Shown: positions 9,646 through 20,308 of the stretch, one piece after another
Layout: every line of letters begins with the position of its first letter
Numbering within the stretch: position 1 is the stretch's first letter
Assembly: GCF_016463485.1 (NCBI RefSeq)
Contig: NZ_JAEMRD010000001.1
Location: forward strand, 29,560-93,559
Source of the DNA: Brevundimonas sp.
GTDB taxonomy: Bacteria > Pseudomonadota > Alphaproteobacteria > Caulobacterales > Caulobacteraceae
Direction of reading: 5' to 3'
Length of the DNA stretch: 64,000 nt
The notes under the pieces: model-generated
Database searches by the model: none
What the model saw: only the letters and a program-made list of their open reading frames with translations
What the model was told of the DNA's origin: nothing
Translations under genes and position numbers: made by a program

Positions 9646-10383
9646 ATGGCAGGAAAGCTGACAGGCAGGCGGGTTCTGGTGACAGGCGCCGCCAGTGGGA
9701 TGGGACGCGCCATCGCTGAACTCTTTGTTCAGGAAGGTGCCGCGGTGGCGGCCGTCGATCGTAACGTCAATGGCACCACCGCCGTCGCGAGCGAACTCGG
9801 CGTGGCGGGGTTCGGCTGCGACGTTACGGACAGGGCGCAGGTCAACGAGACCGTTCAGGCTGCAGCCGAACAACTCGGCGGCCTGGATGGTGTCGTCAAC
9901 GCCGCCGGAATTCTCGACATCAAACCTTTCGAGCAGCTTCTCCCTGAAAGCTTTGACCGGATGATCGCGGTCAATCTGACAGGCCCCTACAATGTCGTTC
10001 ACGCCGCACTGCCCTTTCTGCAGGCCAGCCCGTCCGCGACCATCGTCAACATCGCTTCGATCAGCGCCCTGATGCCGATGGCGGGCACGGCGGGCTATTC
10101 AGCGAGCAAGGCCGGACTTCTGATGCTGACGCGCTGCCTCGGGTTCGACCTCGGGCCAGACATTCGCGCCAATGCGATATGTCCTGGCGTCATTCAGACC
10201 GAAATGACGCGCTACCTCTGGGAGAACCCGGATCATACGGCCCGTGCCGCGGAGCGCGTGGCGCTGAAGCGGCTCGGCCTGACCGAGGACGTGGCGCGGG
10301 CCGCGCTGTTCTTCTCGTCGTCGGATTCCGGCTTCACGACCGGCGCGCATCTTCCGGTGGATGGCGGCTTCTCCTGGCAATGA
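9646..10383 (+). CDS. Short-chain dehydrogenase/reductase (SDR)
   Basis: Trimmed to the ATG at 9646. TGAASGMGRA cofactor motif, NAAG, and YSASKAGL (YxxxK). Confidence 0.9.
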   Translation: MAGKLTGRRVLVTGAASGMGRAIAELFVQEGAAVAAVDRNVNGTTAVASELGVAGFGCDVTDRAQVNETVQAAAEQLGGLDGVVNAAGILDIKPFEQLLPESFDRMIAVNLTGPYNVVHAALPFLQASPSATIVNIASISALMPMAGTAGYSASKAGLLMLTRCLGFDLGPDIRANAICPGVIQTEMTRYLWENPDHTARAAERVALKRLGLTEDVARAALFFSSSDSGFTTGAHLPVDGGFSWQ

Positions 10384-10420
10384 TCGCCACAAACTCAGAC
10401 CAGGCTTTCAGGGAATAGAC

Positions 10421-11263
10421 ATGGCGCAGGCAGCACGACGCAAGGTTTTGGTTACAGGCGCCGCTGGCGGGATGGGGCGAGCCTGCGCTCGCCTGTTCGG
10501 TGCGACGCACGATCTCGTACTGACGGACGTCGTCGCGACGGCCCTCGACGGGTTTGCCGAAGAGCTGAAACGCGACGGTTACACGGTCGCTGCGAGTCTG
10601 GCCGGAGATCTGTCGGACGACGAGGTTCTGGCCGCTCTGGTCAGCGAGGTTTCGGGAGATGCGCCCTTCACCCTGCTGCACACCGCAGGGCTGTCGCCTG
10701 CGCTGGCCGATTGGCGCGCCATCATGAGCGTCAACCTGATCGCAACGGAGAAGCTGCTCAACGCGATCGAACCTGTGCTGGTACCCGGCTCGGTCGGCAT
10801 CGTGATCGCCTCGGTCGCCGGTCACATGATGGCTGCAGTGCCAGAAATCGATGCACTGATGAAGGACCCGCTCGCCCCCGCCTTCCTGGACCTGATCCAG
10901 CCCTTCGTCGAACAGATGGGACCCATGGCCGGCGGGACGTCGGGTATCAGCTACACAATGAGCAAGCGGGCGACACTTGCGATCTGCGAGCGCCGGGCGG
11001 GGGCGTGGGGCCAACGAGGTGCCCGCATCGTCAGCATCTCGCCCGGCATGATCCTCACACCGATGGGTCGCCAGGAGATGGAAAAGACTGCTGGCGCTGC
11101 GCAGATGGCCGACATGGCGCCGGCGGGTCGCGCCGGGGTCGCCACGGATATCGCCGCCGCGGCCTGGTTCCTTGCGAGCGATCAGGCGAGCTACATCACC
11201 GGATGCGATCTGAAGGTCGACGGCGGTGCGACGGCCTTCGTCAAATCCATGATGGGTGGGTGA
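10421..11263 (+). CDS. Short-chain dehydrogenase/reductase (SDR, atypical)
   Basis: Trimmed to the ATG at 10421. VTGAAGGMGRA and YTMSKRA (YxxxK). Confidence 0.85.
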   Translation: MAQAARRKVLVTGAAGGMGRACARLFGATHDLVLTDVVATALDGFAEELKRDGYTVAASLAGDLSDDEVLAALVSEVSGDAPFTLLHTAGLSPALADWRAIMSVNLIATEKLLNAIEPVLVPGSVGIVIASVAGHMMAAVPEIDALMKDPLAPAFLDLIQPFVEQMGPMAGGTSGISYTMSKRATLAICERRAGAWGQRGARIVSISPGMILTPMGRQEMEKTAGAAQMADMAPAGRAGVATDIAAAAWFLASDQASYITGCDLKVDGGATAFVKSMMGG

Positions 11264-12150
11264 TGAACATCCTGCGCTGGACGGTGATAGTGATCGGCAG
11301 CCTTGCCAGCTTGCTCATTCTCGTCGGGCTGGTCGCCGTCGGCGTGCTCTTCGTCGAGGCCAAGCAGAAGCCGCAAGGAAAGCCCCAGTACGTCGCGCTC
11401 GGCAGTTCGTTCGCCGCCGGCATTGGCCTGGGTAACAGGATCAAGGGTTCACCGATCGTCTGTCAGCGCAGCGACAGCGGCTATCCGGCCCAGCTTGCGC
11501 GATTGAGGAACCTCGAGCTGGTCGACATGACCTGTTCGGGGGCGACGGCGACCCACGTGCTTCAGGGCGGACAGGTATTTCTGGGGCCCCAGATCGATGC
11601 GGTCGGTCCTCAGACGGAACTCGTGACCCTGACGGCGGGAGGGAATGACATCAGCTATGTCGGGGATCTGGCTCTGGGTGCCGGCAGCCGCTCGAAATCC
11701 ATTGCAGGCTGGTTCATGGGGCGGATCTGGTCAGGCCCGAAGGCGGAAGGGGACCGTGACTACGCCAAGGTCCACGATGACCTGGTCTCGACCTTTCGCG
11801 AGATACGGCGTCGCGCGCCGCGCGCCCGTATCGTCGTGCTGACCTATCCCCAGATTGTGCCACCCGGTGATGCCTGCCCCACGCTTCAGCTGCCCCAGAC
11901 CGAGGTGGATGCAATGCGGGAGGTCGGAGACCGGTTGGCGGCGGTCACCAGACAGGCGGGCTCTGACGCCGGCGTCGACGTTATCGATATGCAGGCCCTT
12001 GGCGCCGCTCACCACGCCTGCAGCGCTGAGCCGTGGGTGAATGGCTGGGTGGACGCCAAGAACACGCCGTTCCATCCCACGCTCGAAGGCGCACGGGCGA
12101 TGGCTCAGGCGGTAGGCGATCTTCTGGACGGGAAGGCGACCGCGTCGTGA
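11263..12150 (+). CDS. SGNH/GDSL-family hydrolase with N-terminal membrane anchor
   Basis: ATG overlaps the upstream TGA. Hydrophobic N-terminus IVIGSLASLLILVGLVAVGVLF. Block I ALGSSFAAG, TLTAGGNDI, block V FHPT. Confidence 0.8.
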   Translation: MNILRWTVIVIGSLASLLILVGLVAVGVLFVEAKQKPQGKPQYVALGSSFAAGIGLGNRIKGSPIVCQRSDSGYPAQLARLRNLELVDMTCSGATATHVLQGGQVFLGPQIDAVGPQTELVTLTAGGNDISYVGDLALGAGSRSKSIAGWFMGRIWSGPKAEGDRDYAKVHDDLVSTFREIRRRAPRARIVVLTYPQIVPPGDACPTLQLPQTEVDAMREVGDRLAAVTRQAGSDAGVDVIDMQALGAAHHACSAEPWVNGWVDAKNTPFHPTLEGARAMAQAVGDLLDGKATAS

Positions 12151-12377
12151 TGGCCGAGGCCTGCCCCTTCAGCTTCAACTTCGATGCGACGACGTTCCAG
12201 GCCGGAGACTGCGTCAGCTACCGCGTCACCGGATCGCTTTCCGGAATGCCATTCGTCGGGACGCTGGTCGAAGTCCACCCCGAGCATGTGCTTCTTCACG
12301 ACGCGAGTGATCCGGGCGGGACCATGCGTGCGACCCGGGAAAGTCGACCTGTCGTCGCCGAGGAAGACATGGCCTAA
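12150..12377 (+). CDS. Small hypothetical protein (75 aa)
   Basis: ATG overlaps the SGNH stop (TGATG). No recognisable motif. Its last 61 nt are part of the duplicated segment. Confidence 0.4.
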   Translation: MAEACPFSFNFDATTFQAGDCVSYRVTGSLSGMPFVGTLVEVHPEHVLLHDASDPGGTMRATRESRPVVAEEDMA

Positions 12378-13436
12378 CGGTCCACCGGCCTGACAGTCCG
12401 GCCGCACGATACCTATCCTTCAGGCTGCTTCGGGACGGTTGCAAGTTTCGGGACGTTCGTCGGGTCCATGCCCCAGCCGAACAGGCGGAAGTTCTGCGTA
12501 TGGCAGAGGTGGTGGAGCGAGAATGCGGCGTCGATGGCGTTGGCCTGGCCCTGGGTGTCCAGGGTCTTGTTGACCGCTTCCTTGGCCAGCTTCAGGGCGA
12601 AGCTGGGCTTGAGGGCGATCTTCCTGGCCATGTCGAGTGCGAAGTCAGGCAGGGCGTCGCGTTCGACGACGTGGTTCACCATGCCGAGCCGATGCGCCTC
12701 GTCGGCCGTCCAGGCGTCGGCGGTGAAGAGGAACTCCTTGGCTTTGCGCGCGCCTAGTTCCCACGGGTGGCCGAACCATTCCACGCCGGAGACGCCGAAA
12801 TTGACGACAGGGTCCGAGAAAAGGGCATCGTTTGATGCGATGATGATGTCGCAGACCCAGGCGAAGATCAGGGCCCCGGGACCATGCGTGCGACCCGGGA
12901 AAGTCGACCTGTCGTCGCCGAGGAAGACATGGCCTAACGGTCCACCGGCCTGACAGTCCGGCCGCACGATACCTATCCTTCAGGCTGCTTCGGGACGGTT
13001 GCAAGTTTCGGGACGTTCGTCGGGTCCATGCCCCAGCCGAACAGGCGGAAGTTCTGCGTATGGCAGAGGTGGTGGAGCGAGAATGCGGCGTCGATGGCGT
13101 TGGCCTGGCCCTGGGTGTCCAGGGTCTTGTTGACCGCTTCCTTGGCCAGCTTCAGGGCGAAGCTGGGCTTGAGGGCGATCTTCCTGGCCATGTCGAGTGC
13201 GAAGTCAGGCAGGGCGTCGCGTTCGACGACGTGGTTCACCATGCCGAGCCGATGCGCCTCGTCGGCCGTCCAGGCGTCGGCGGTGAAGAGGAACTCCTTG
13301 GCTTTGCGCGCGCCTAGTTCCCACGGGTGGCCGAACCATTCCACGCCGGAGACGCCGAAATTGACGACAGGGTCCGAGAAAAGGGCATCGTTTGATGCGA
13401 TGATGATGTCGCAGACCCAGGCGAAGATCAGGGCCC
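12317..13436. repeat. Perfect direct tandem duplication, 2 x 560 bp (12317-12876 and 12877-13436)
   Basis: Base-by-base comparison of the two units shows no mismatch. A 3-nt CGG microhomology sits at the junction, so identity extends to 12879/13439. Confidence 0.97.
12413..12876 (-). pseudogene. 3' fragment of the enoyl-CoA hydratase gene created by the tandem duplication
   Basis: Encodes ALIFAWVCDIIIASND...VPKQPEG, identical to the C-terminal 154 residues of the gene at 12973..13833. The N-terminal half with the catalytic core is absent. Confidence 0.8.
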
Positions 13437-13829
13437 CGGCGATGCATTTGCCCTGGACCGCGCAAATCGTGGGCTTGGAGATATTGCGCCAGCGCCGGGC
13501 CGTCTCGAGGTAGCCTTCCTTTTCGGAGGCGTACCAGCCGTGGGTCCCGGGCTCGTTGAAGCCGCTCCAGCCGCTGATGCGCGGGCTGCGCTCCTGCATA
13601 TCGGCCTGGTACATCTCGACCGTCTCGGCGATGTCGTGCCCGGCCGAGAAATGCTTGCCGTCGGCGGCCAGGATGATGACCTTGACGCTGTCGTCCGCGA
13701 GGGCGCGACCAAAGGCGGCGTCGATCTGGAAGATCATTGTCGGATTGATCGCGTTCATCTTGTCGGCGCGGGCCAGAACGATGCGGGCGACGCCGGGAGC
13801 CGGGTTTTCGTAGCGGATCAGGGCTTCGG

Positions 13830-13833
<4 letters not shown>
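12973..13833 (-). CDS. Enoyl-CoA hydratase (crotonase fold), intact copy
   Basis: 286 aa. ARADKMNAI, FSAGHDI, QGKCIAGAL. Its start overlaps the upstream ligase stop by 4 bp. Confidence 0.9.
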
Positions 13834-15478
<1,645 letters not shown>

Positions 15479-15482
<4 letters not shown>

Positions 15483-16171
15483 GGGTGGGTCAGCCGTTCT
15501 GCATCCTGTTTGGTCATACGCTTGTCGAGCGGACGGAAAACGATGGCCATCCAGCGATCGGGGTCGGCGTGGGGCAGGGCGGCTAGGGAGTCGCTCAGGC
15601 TGGTCAGGCCCTGCTGCTCGTCGTCCAGTTCGATGACGAGGCCGTGGGGGTATTTGCGGCAGTTGCCCCGGATCTGCTCGTCGGCGAGCGTCAGGTACTG
15701 TGCCGCGCGGACGCCCGGCAAATCGGCCAGTCGAGCCAGACCGCCATGCAGAAGGGATTCCGCAAAGGCCTCGGTCTGGCCCTCGGCCGCATTGTAGAGC
15801 CCGAAAACGATCGTGTGGAGCGAGGTCGAATCCGTCGTCGAGCGAGCCGCGCTGCGCACCTCCGCGCGACGCCACATGGTCGGAGGCTGGACCGTGTCCA
15901 TATTGATGGCGGGACTGATCGGCATCTCGGCTGACCCCTTGACCTTGGCCAGTTCGGCCAACGTGAAGGCCGGATCGTCGAGTTCCCAGATCATCAGATA
16001 GTCGTGGACGCCGGAAGGCCACGGCCCGCCGGCCCGGCGAAACCGCTGGCCCGACAGGACGCCGGGTGTTTCGACGCCGTGGATCAGGTGGCTGCCGCCA
16101 TACCATTCGTCGAACTCGGCCTCCATGCCGGGCGTGGGGTTCGACAGGACAAGCTGGAGGGCATTGGACAT
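15479..16171 (-). CDS. Two-domain EthD/dimeric alpha-beta-barrel-like protein (conserved hypothetical)
   Basis: Trimmed to the ATG at 16171, after GGGAG. The N-terminal motif NPTPGMEAEFDEWYGGSH...PGVLSGQRF is shared with the proteins at 34371 and 61868. Confidence 0.55.
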
Positions 16172-16182
16172 GGCAGGGCTCC

Positions 16183-17361
16183 CTATCGCGCTCGGGGCAG
16201 TTCGAGGAGACGATCCGCCGTGATCTCGCGCTGGATCTCGCTGGTGCCGCCCGAGATGGAGAAAACCCAGCTCCACAGATAATCATAGGTCCACGGGTGC
16301 TCGGTCCGGTCACCGTTGAACTCGAGGAAGGACCAGCCGAGGATCTCGCCGACCGTCTCGCTCAGCGCCTTGTGGGTGCCAGTGACGAGCAGCTTCATCA
16401 GCGAGCCCTTCGGGCCGGGATCGCCGGTGCGGTCGCTCTCAGTGATATGGGCCAGGGTCATGGCGCGTATGGCCAGAGAATCAGCTTTCAAGCTGGCCAG
16501 GCGCTGGGCGATGCCGTCATCTTCGATGGCGAAGCGGCCGTCCTCGAGGCGAGTCTTGCCGGCCAGGTCGATCGCCCGTCCGACTCGTTCATAGAGTTCG
16601 AGCTGATCACCGATGAAGCCCAGGCCGCGTTCGAAGGACAGGGTGGACAGGGCCGTCGACCAGCCCTTGTCGACCTCGCCGACGACGTTGGCCAGCGGGA
16701 TGTGGACGTTGTCGTAGAAGACGGTGTTGACGTGTTCGTCCATCAGCATGGTGCGGATCGGCTTAATGTCGATGCCGGGCGCCTTCATGTCGCCGATCAG
16801 CCAGGTCAGCCCCTTGTGCCTTTCTGACGCGGGATCTGTGCGGATCAGCAGTTCCTGATAATCCGCGTACTTCGCGTCGGTCGTCCACATCTTGGCACCG
16901 TTAACAACGATCTCGTCATTGCCGACGTCGCCCCGCGTCTTGAGCGAGGCCAGGTCTGAGCCGGCATTGGGCTCCGAGAAGCCCTGACACCAGAGCGCCT
17001 CGCCCGAGAGGATCTTGGGCAGATGGAAGGCCTTCTGCGCGTCGGTGCCGCGCGCGATCAGGGTCGGCCCGGCGTGCATCAGGGCGATGTAGGTGGTGTT
17101 GATGTAGTGAGGCGCGCGGGCGCGGGCGAGTTCCTCGTACCAGATGACCTGCTGCAAGCCGGTGAGACCCAGGCCCCCGTATTCCTTTGGCCAGGCAACC
17201 CCCGCCCAGCCATGTTCATACATCTTGCGCTGCCAGGCGCGGTCGAAGCTGGCTGCTTCCGCGCCATGAGCCGGGCGTGGCTGTTTCGGCACGGCGTCCA
17301 CGAGCCAGTCTCGCGCGCGTTCGCGGAATTCACGGTCGGCTTCGGAGTATTGAAGGTCCAT
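16183..17361 (-). CDS. Acyl-CoA dehydrogenase, large subunit-type
   Basis: 392 aa. FSEPNAGSD and C-terminal GGTSEIQREI. Paralog of the gene at 38400..39557. Confidence 0.9.
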   Translation of the reverse strand: MDLQYSEADREFRERARDWLVDAVPKQPRPAHGAEAASFDRAWQRKMYEHGWAGVAWPKEYGGLGLTGLQQVIWYEELARARAPHYINTTYIALMHAGPTLIARGTDAQKAFHLPKILSGEALWCQGFSEPNAGSDLASLKTRGDVGNDEIVVNGAKMWTTDAKYADYQELLIRTDPASERHKGLTWLIGDMKAPGIDIKPIRTMLMDEHVNTVFYDNVHIPLANVVGEVDKGWSTALSTLSFERGLGFIGDQLELYERVGRAIDLAGKTRLEDGRFAIEDDGIAQRLASLKADSLAIRAMTLAHITESDRTGDPGPKGSLMKLLVTGTHKALSETVGEILGWSFLEFNGDRTEHPWTYDYLWSWVFSISGGTSEIQREITADRLLELPRAR

Positions 17362-17364
17362 GCT

Positions 17365-18351
17365 TTAAACCTCTGCCTGGGCGTGAAGCAGGTTGGCCAG
17401 CAAGGGACGTTTGGCGCCAAACAGCTTGGCCAACAGCAGGGCATGCTTAAGGTAAAGGTGGGCCGTGTGCTCTTCAGTCACGCCGATACCGCCATGAAGC
17501 TGGATATTGGTGTCGGCGTTGGCCACCGCAGCCTGGTTGGCGAGGTGTTTGGCCGCGTCGAGGTGCACGCCGGCATCCCCGCGTCCCTCCTTCAGGGCCG
17601 TTGCGGCGTACCAGAGTTGCGACCGGGCCGCTTCGACGCGCAGGGCCATGTCGGCACACGGATGGCGAACCGCCTGGTACGACCCAATTTTGCGCCCGAA
17701 CGTCTCGCGGACCTTCGCGTAGGCGACGATCTGGTCCAGGGCCGCTTCGGCCAGGCCGATGAGCATCGCCGCCACGCCCAACTGGCCCATTCGCCAGACA
17801 TGTTCGCCTGAGGCGGTGGCTACGGCGGTCGTCGGCAGGCTCGTGATCGATCGCATGGGGGTCGCTGGGTCCAGGGACGGCCGTTCGGCCGCTTCCGTCT
17901 CGCCCAGATGGAGAAGACGCGATCCGGTTGGAGAAACGTCCAGGGCATAGACCGCGTCAGGAGAGCCGAGGAGACGCAGGCCTTGACCGACCGCGAGCAC
18001 GACACCGGTCCTGCCTGAAAGCAGATCGGCGCGTGCGGTATCGTCCATGTCCAGGAGCACGGCCAGACTTTGGGCGAGCACGTCAACGGGACCGCATTGA
18101 CGTCCGACCTCCCGGAAGAACAGTGCGAACTCCACGGGCGAAAGACCGCTTCCGGACATCTCTTCCGACAGCGCCAGGGCGAACCAGCCCATCTCGCCGA
18201 CCGTGAGCCGCAGGGCCGCGCTCGATTGGGGGGCGGCGCCGTGCAGGCGTGCAATCGGCATCGCCTCCGCGAGGAAGGTCGCAGCCGCATCCGCGATCTC
18301 GATTTCATGGCCGTCAGGCGCGAGGAACATACTGTGCTCCAGAACGCGCAA
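17365..18351 (-). CDS. Acyl-CoA dehydrogenase-like, small subunit-type
   Basis: 328 aa (or start at M8, 18330). ACAD C-terminal helical domain IQLHGGIGVTEEH. 3 nt upstream of the large ACAD gene. Confidence 0.8.
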   Translation of the reverse strand: MRVLEHSMFLAPDGHEIEIADAAATFLAEAMPIARLHGAAPQSSAALRLTVGEMGWFALALSEEMSGSGLSPVEFALFFREVGRQCGPVDVLAQSLAVLLDMDDTARADLLSGRTGVVLAVGQGLRLLGSPDAVYALDVSPTGSRLLHLGETEAAERPSLDPATPMRSITSLPTTAVATASGEHVWRMGQLGVAAMLIGLAEAALDQIVAYAKVRETFGRKIGSYQAVRHPCADMALRVEAARSQLWYAATALKEGRGDAGVHLDAAKHLANQAAVANADTNIQLHGGIGVTEEHTAHLYLKHALLLAKLFGAKRPLLANLLHAQAEV

Positions 18352-18413
18352 GGCGAAGTTCAGCCATAGACCCCTATTCCCTCGTAGCCTCCCTTCCTAA
18401 GGAGGCGTTCAAG

Positions 18414-18441
18414 ATTAATGCAACAGCTGAGGTACATTAAT
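18414..18441. promoter_or_regulatory. Inverted repeat ATTAATG-N14-CATTAAT upstream of the ACAD operon
   Basis: Read directly in the 138-nt gap between the lactonase stop (18490) and the ACAD start (18351). An AT-only heptamer is rare in this GC-rich DNA. Confidence 0.3.
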
Positions 18442-18489
18442 CGAGGTTGGCAATGATCGGCGGCGAAATGCCCGCCCGAGCGATATCTG

Positions 18490-19371
18490 TCAGCCGGCGA
18501 AATATGCGTCTGGCACGCCTGCATAGCCTGGCCGCAATGCGAAGATGCCGCCGTTCGCCTGACGGCCCTCCTCGCCGATCCGAAGTTTGGTGGAGGTGAC
18601 GTAGAGGGTCCTCATGTCGGGACCGCCGAACGCAGGCTTGGTCGGATTTGAGAAGGGCAGCGGGATCTCAAGATCCAGGGCTCCGTCCGGTGTGTAGCGT
18701 CGCAGGGCACCCGCGCCGACGACTGCCAGCCAGTAGCCGCCGTCCGTATCGACGGTCGCGCCGTCGATGAAGCCGAACCCGGGCTCCAGGGTCAGGAAGG
18801 TGCGGCGATTGGACAGCCCTCCCGTAGCGGGATCAAGGTCGAAGGCGTCGATCTCGCGCCTCGGCGACGGGTGGGCGTACAACGTGAGTCCATCCGGGCT
18901 GATCGCAAGGCCGTTGGCGACTGCAACGTCCGGGACGACTGGAACGAGGCGGTCGCCGTCGAGCCTGAAGTAACCAGCGTCGGAGGCCGATCGATCCGCT
19001 GGGTAGTGGTGATCGAAGCCGCCGGTCCACAGTCGGCCCTGCCGGTCGCACTGGCATTCATGCAGGCCGACATGAGGGGGCAGCGGCGATGCGACGCGCA
19101 GCGACAGGGCACCAGAGCCAGGCTCGAAGTCGTACAGGCCATCGCTCAGAGCGACGAGCAGGCCGCCGGAAGACTTGAAGACAAAGCCACCGATCCGTTT
19201 TGGCATCGGCCAGATGTCATGTGCGCCCGTGTCCGGCGACCAGCGATGGATTTCGGCGGGCTGCTCGCAGTTTACCCACCACAGGGCCTGTTCGCCGACC
19301 GACCAGACCGGGGTCTCGCCCAGGTGGTTATCGGCGTCGAATGCGCGCACGACCTCGACGGATTTGATCAT
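18490..19371 (-). CDS. SMP-30/gluconolactonase/LRE-family lactonase
   Basis: 293 aa. N-terminal HLGETPVWS...LWWVN and beta-propeller-like repeat pattern. Confidence 0.85.
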   Translation of the reverse strand: MIKSVEVVRAFDADNHLGETPVWSVGEQALWWVNCEQPAEIHRWSPDTGAHDIWPMPKRIGGFVFKSSGGLLVALSDGLYDFEPGSGALSLRVASPLPPHVGLHECQCDRQGRLWTGGFDHHYPADRSASDAGYFRLDGDRLVPVVPDVAVANGLAISPDGLTLYAHPSPRREIDAFDLDPATGGLSNRRTFLTLEPGFGFIDGATVDTDGGYWLAVVGAGALRRYTPDGALDLEIPLPFSNPTKPAFGGPDMRTLYVTSTKLRIGEEGRQANGGIFALRPGYAGVPDAYFAG

Positions 19372-20150
19372 TTCACGAACTCCGAGGTCGCGCCGTCGAG
19401 GGCGCCGAGCGGCAAGCCTCGCGCGCCATCCCGGGCGATGGCGACGTCTTTTTCGAGATAATGTCGGATGGCATCGAGCGTGGCTTCGGGCTGGCCGCCC
19501 CGCCCAAGAAGCCGCAACGCCATGCTGCCTGCGCTTCCTCGACCCAGGGTCTCGACGGCGGTGCCGAGGTCCAGGCCCTGGCGATCCACGAGACGCAGGG
19601 CATCCCGGGCGATGGCGATATTGGCCGCGAACATAAGATTGTTGATGACCTTGAGAGTCATGCCTGCACCGACGGGCCCGAGATGGGCGATGTGGTCGCC
19701 ATAGCTTGTCAGAACGGATCGCGAGCGTTCAAGAGCCTCAGCATCTCCGCCGACCATCAGCGTAAGCTGACCGGTGGCGGCCTCATCGGGCCCTCCGCTG
19801 AACCCGGCGTCAAGTACGGCGATGTCGCCACGCAGCGCGGCGACCTCCTGCGCAAAGTCAGGACTCACGGTGCTGTGCAAAACCAGGACGGAGCCGGTCG
19901 GAAGGGCCGACAGCACACCGCCGTCAATGACGACCTCGCGGACCTGGACTTCCGAGAACAGGGTGACGCAGGCCACTTCGGCATAGGCGGCCGTCTCGAA
20001 CAGATTGTCTGTGACCGGAATGCCGGCGCTCACAATCTCAGCCAATTCGGCCGGGCGTCTTGCATAGCCCCTGACACTATGGCCGGCCTTTGCCGCAGCG
20101 AGCGCCATCGGCCTGCCCATCGCTCCCAGCCCGATCCACGCGACCCGCAT
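19368..20150 (-). CDS. NAD(P)-dependent 3-hydroxyisobutyrate/6-phosphogluconate dehydrogenase-like oxidoreductase
   Basis: Trimmed to the ATG at 20150 (MRVAWIGLGAMGRPMA Rossmann motif). 4-bp overlap with the lactonase gene. Confidence 0.85.
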   Translation of the reverse strand: MRVAWIGLGAMGRPMALAAAKAGHSVRGYARRPAELAEIVSAGIPVTDNLFETAAYAEVACVTLFSEVQVREVVIDGGVLSALPTGSVLVLHSTVSPDFAQEVAALRGDIAVLDAGFSGGPDEAATGQLTLMVGGDAEALERSRSVLTSYGDHIAHLGPVGAGMTLKVINNLMFAANIAIARDALRLVDRQGLDLGTAVETLGRGSAGSMALRLLGRGGQPEATLDAIRHYLEKDVAIARDGARGLPLGALDGATSEFVK

Positions 20151-20308
20151 ATGTTCAACCCTGCTCTGCCTGCGTCTAGCTAGTCGGTTTGGTCGGAGGC
20201 GCGAGGCGGCGGTCGTCGATATCATCGCCACGATGTTCTGTGACGGACTTCTCGCGCGCGATGCTCGGGGTGGTACAGCGAAAGTCCAATTGACCGCGGA
20301 GGCAGCCG

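Noticed and set aside
8824-10002. Long antisense ORFs here and elsewhere (6500..7231, 30965..32128, 40471..42201, 44641..45888, 45858..47282, 49860..51374, 20222..20893)
   Set aside because: Each lies opposite a CDS with strong family motifs. They have Arg/Gly/Pro/Asp-rich composition with no recognisable domain, which is typical of shadow ORFs in high-GC DNA.
10711-12150. 479-aa ORF spanning the second SDR and the SGNH hydrolase
   Set aside because: The first 184 residues are an out-of-frame read-through of the SDR gene (10421..11263). The real gene starts at the ATG at 11263, with a membrane anchor and SGNH blocks.
12413-12967. 184-aa chimeric ORF (antisense of the small-ORF fragment fused to the crotonase C-terminus) as a new functional gene
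   Set aside because: It is a by-product of the tandem duplication. It is GTG-initiated without a convincing RBS and lacks the crotonase catalytic N-terminal half. Annotated as a duplicated fragment/pseudogene instead.
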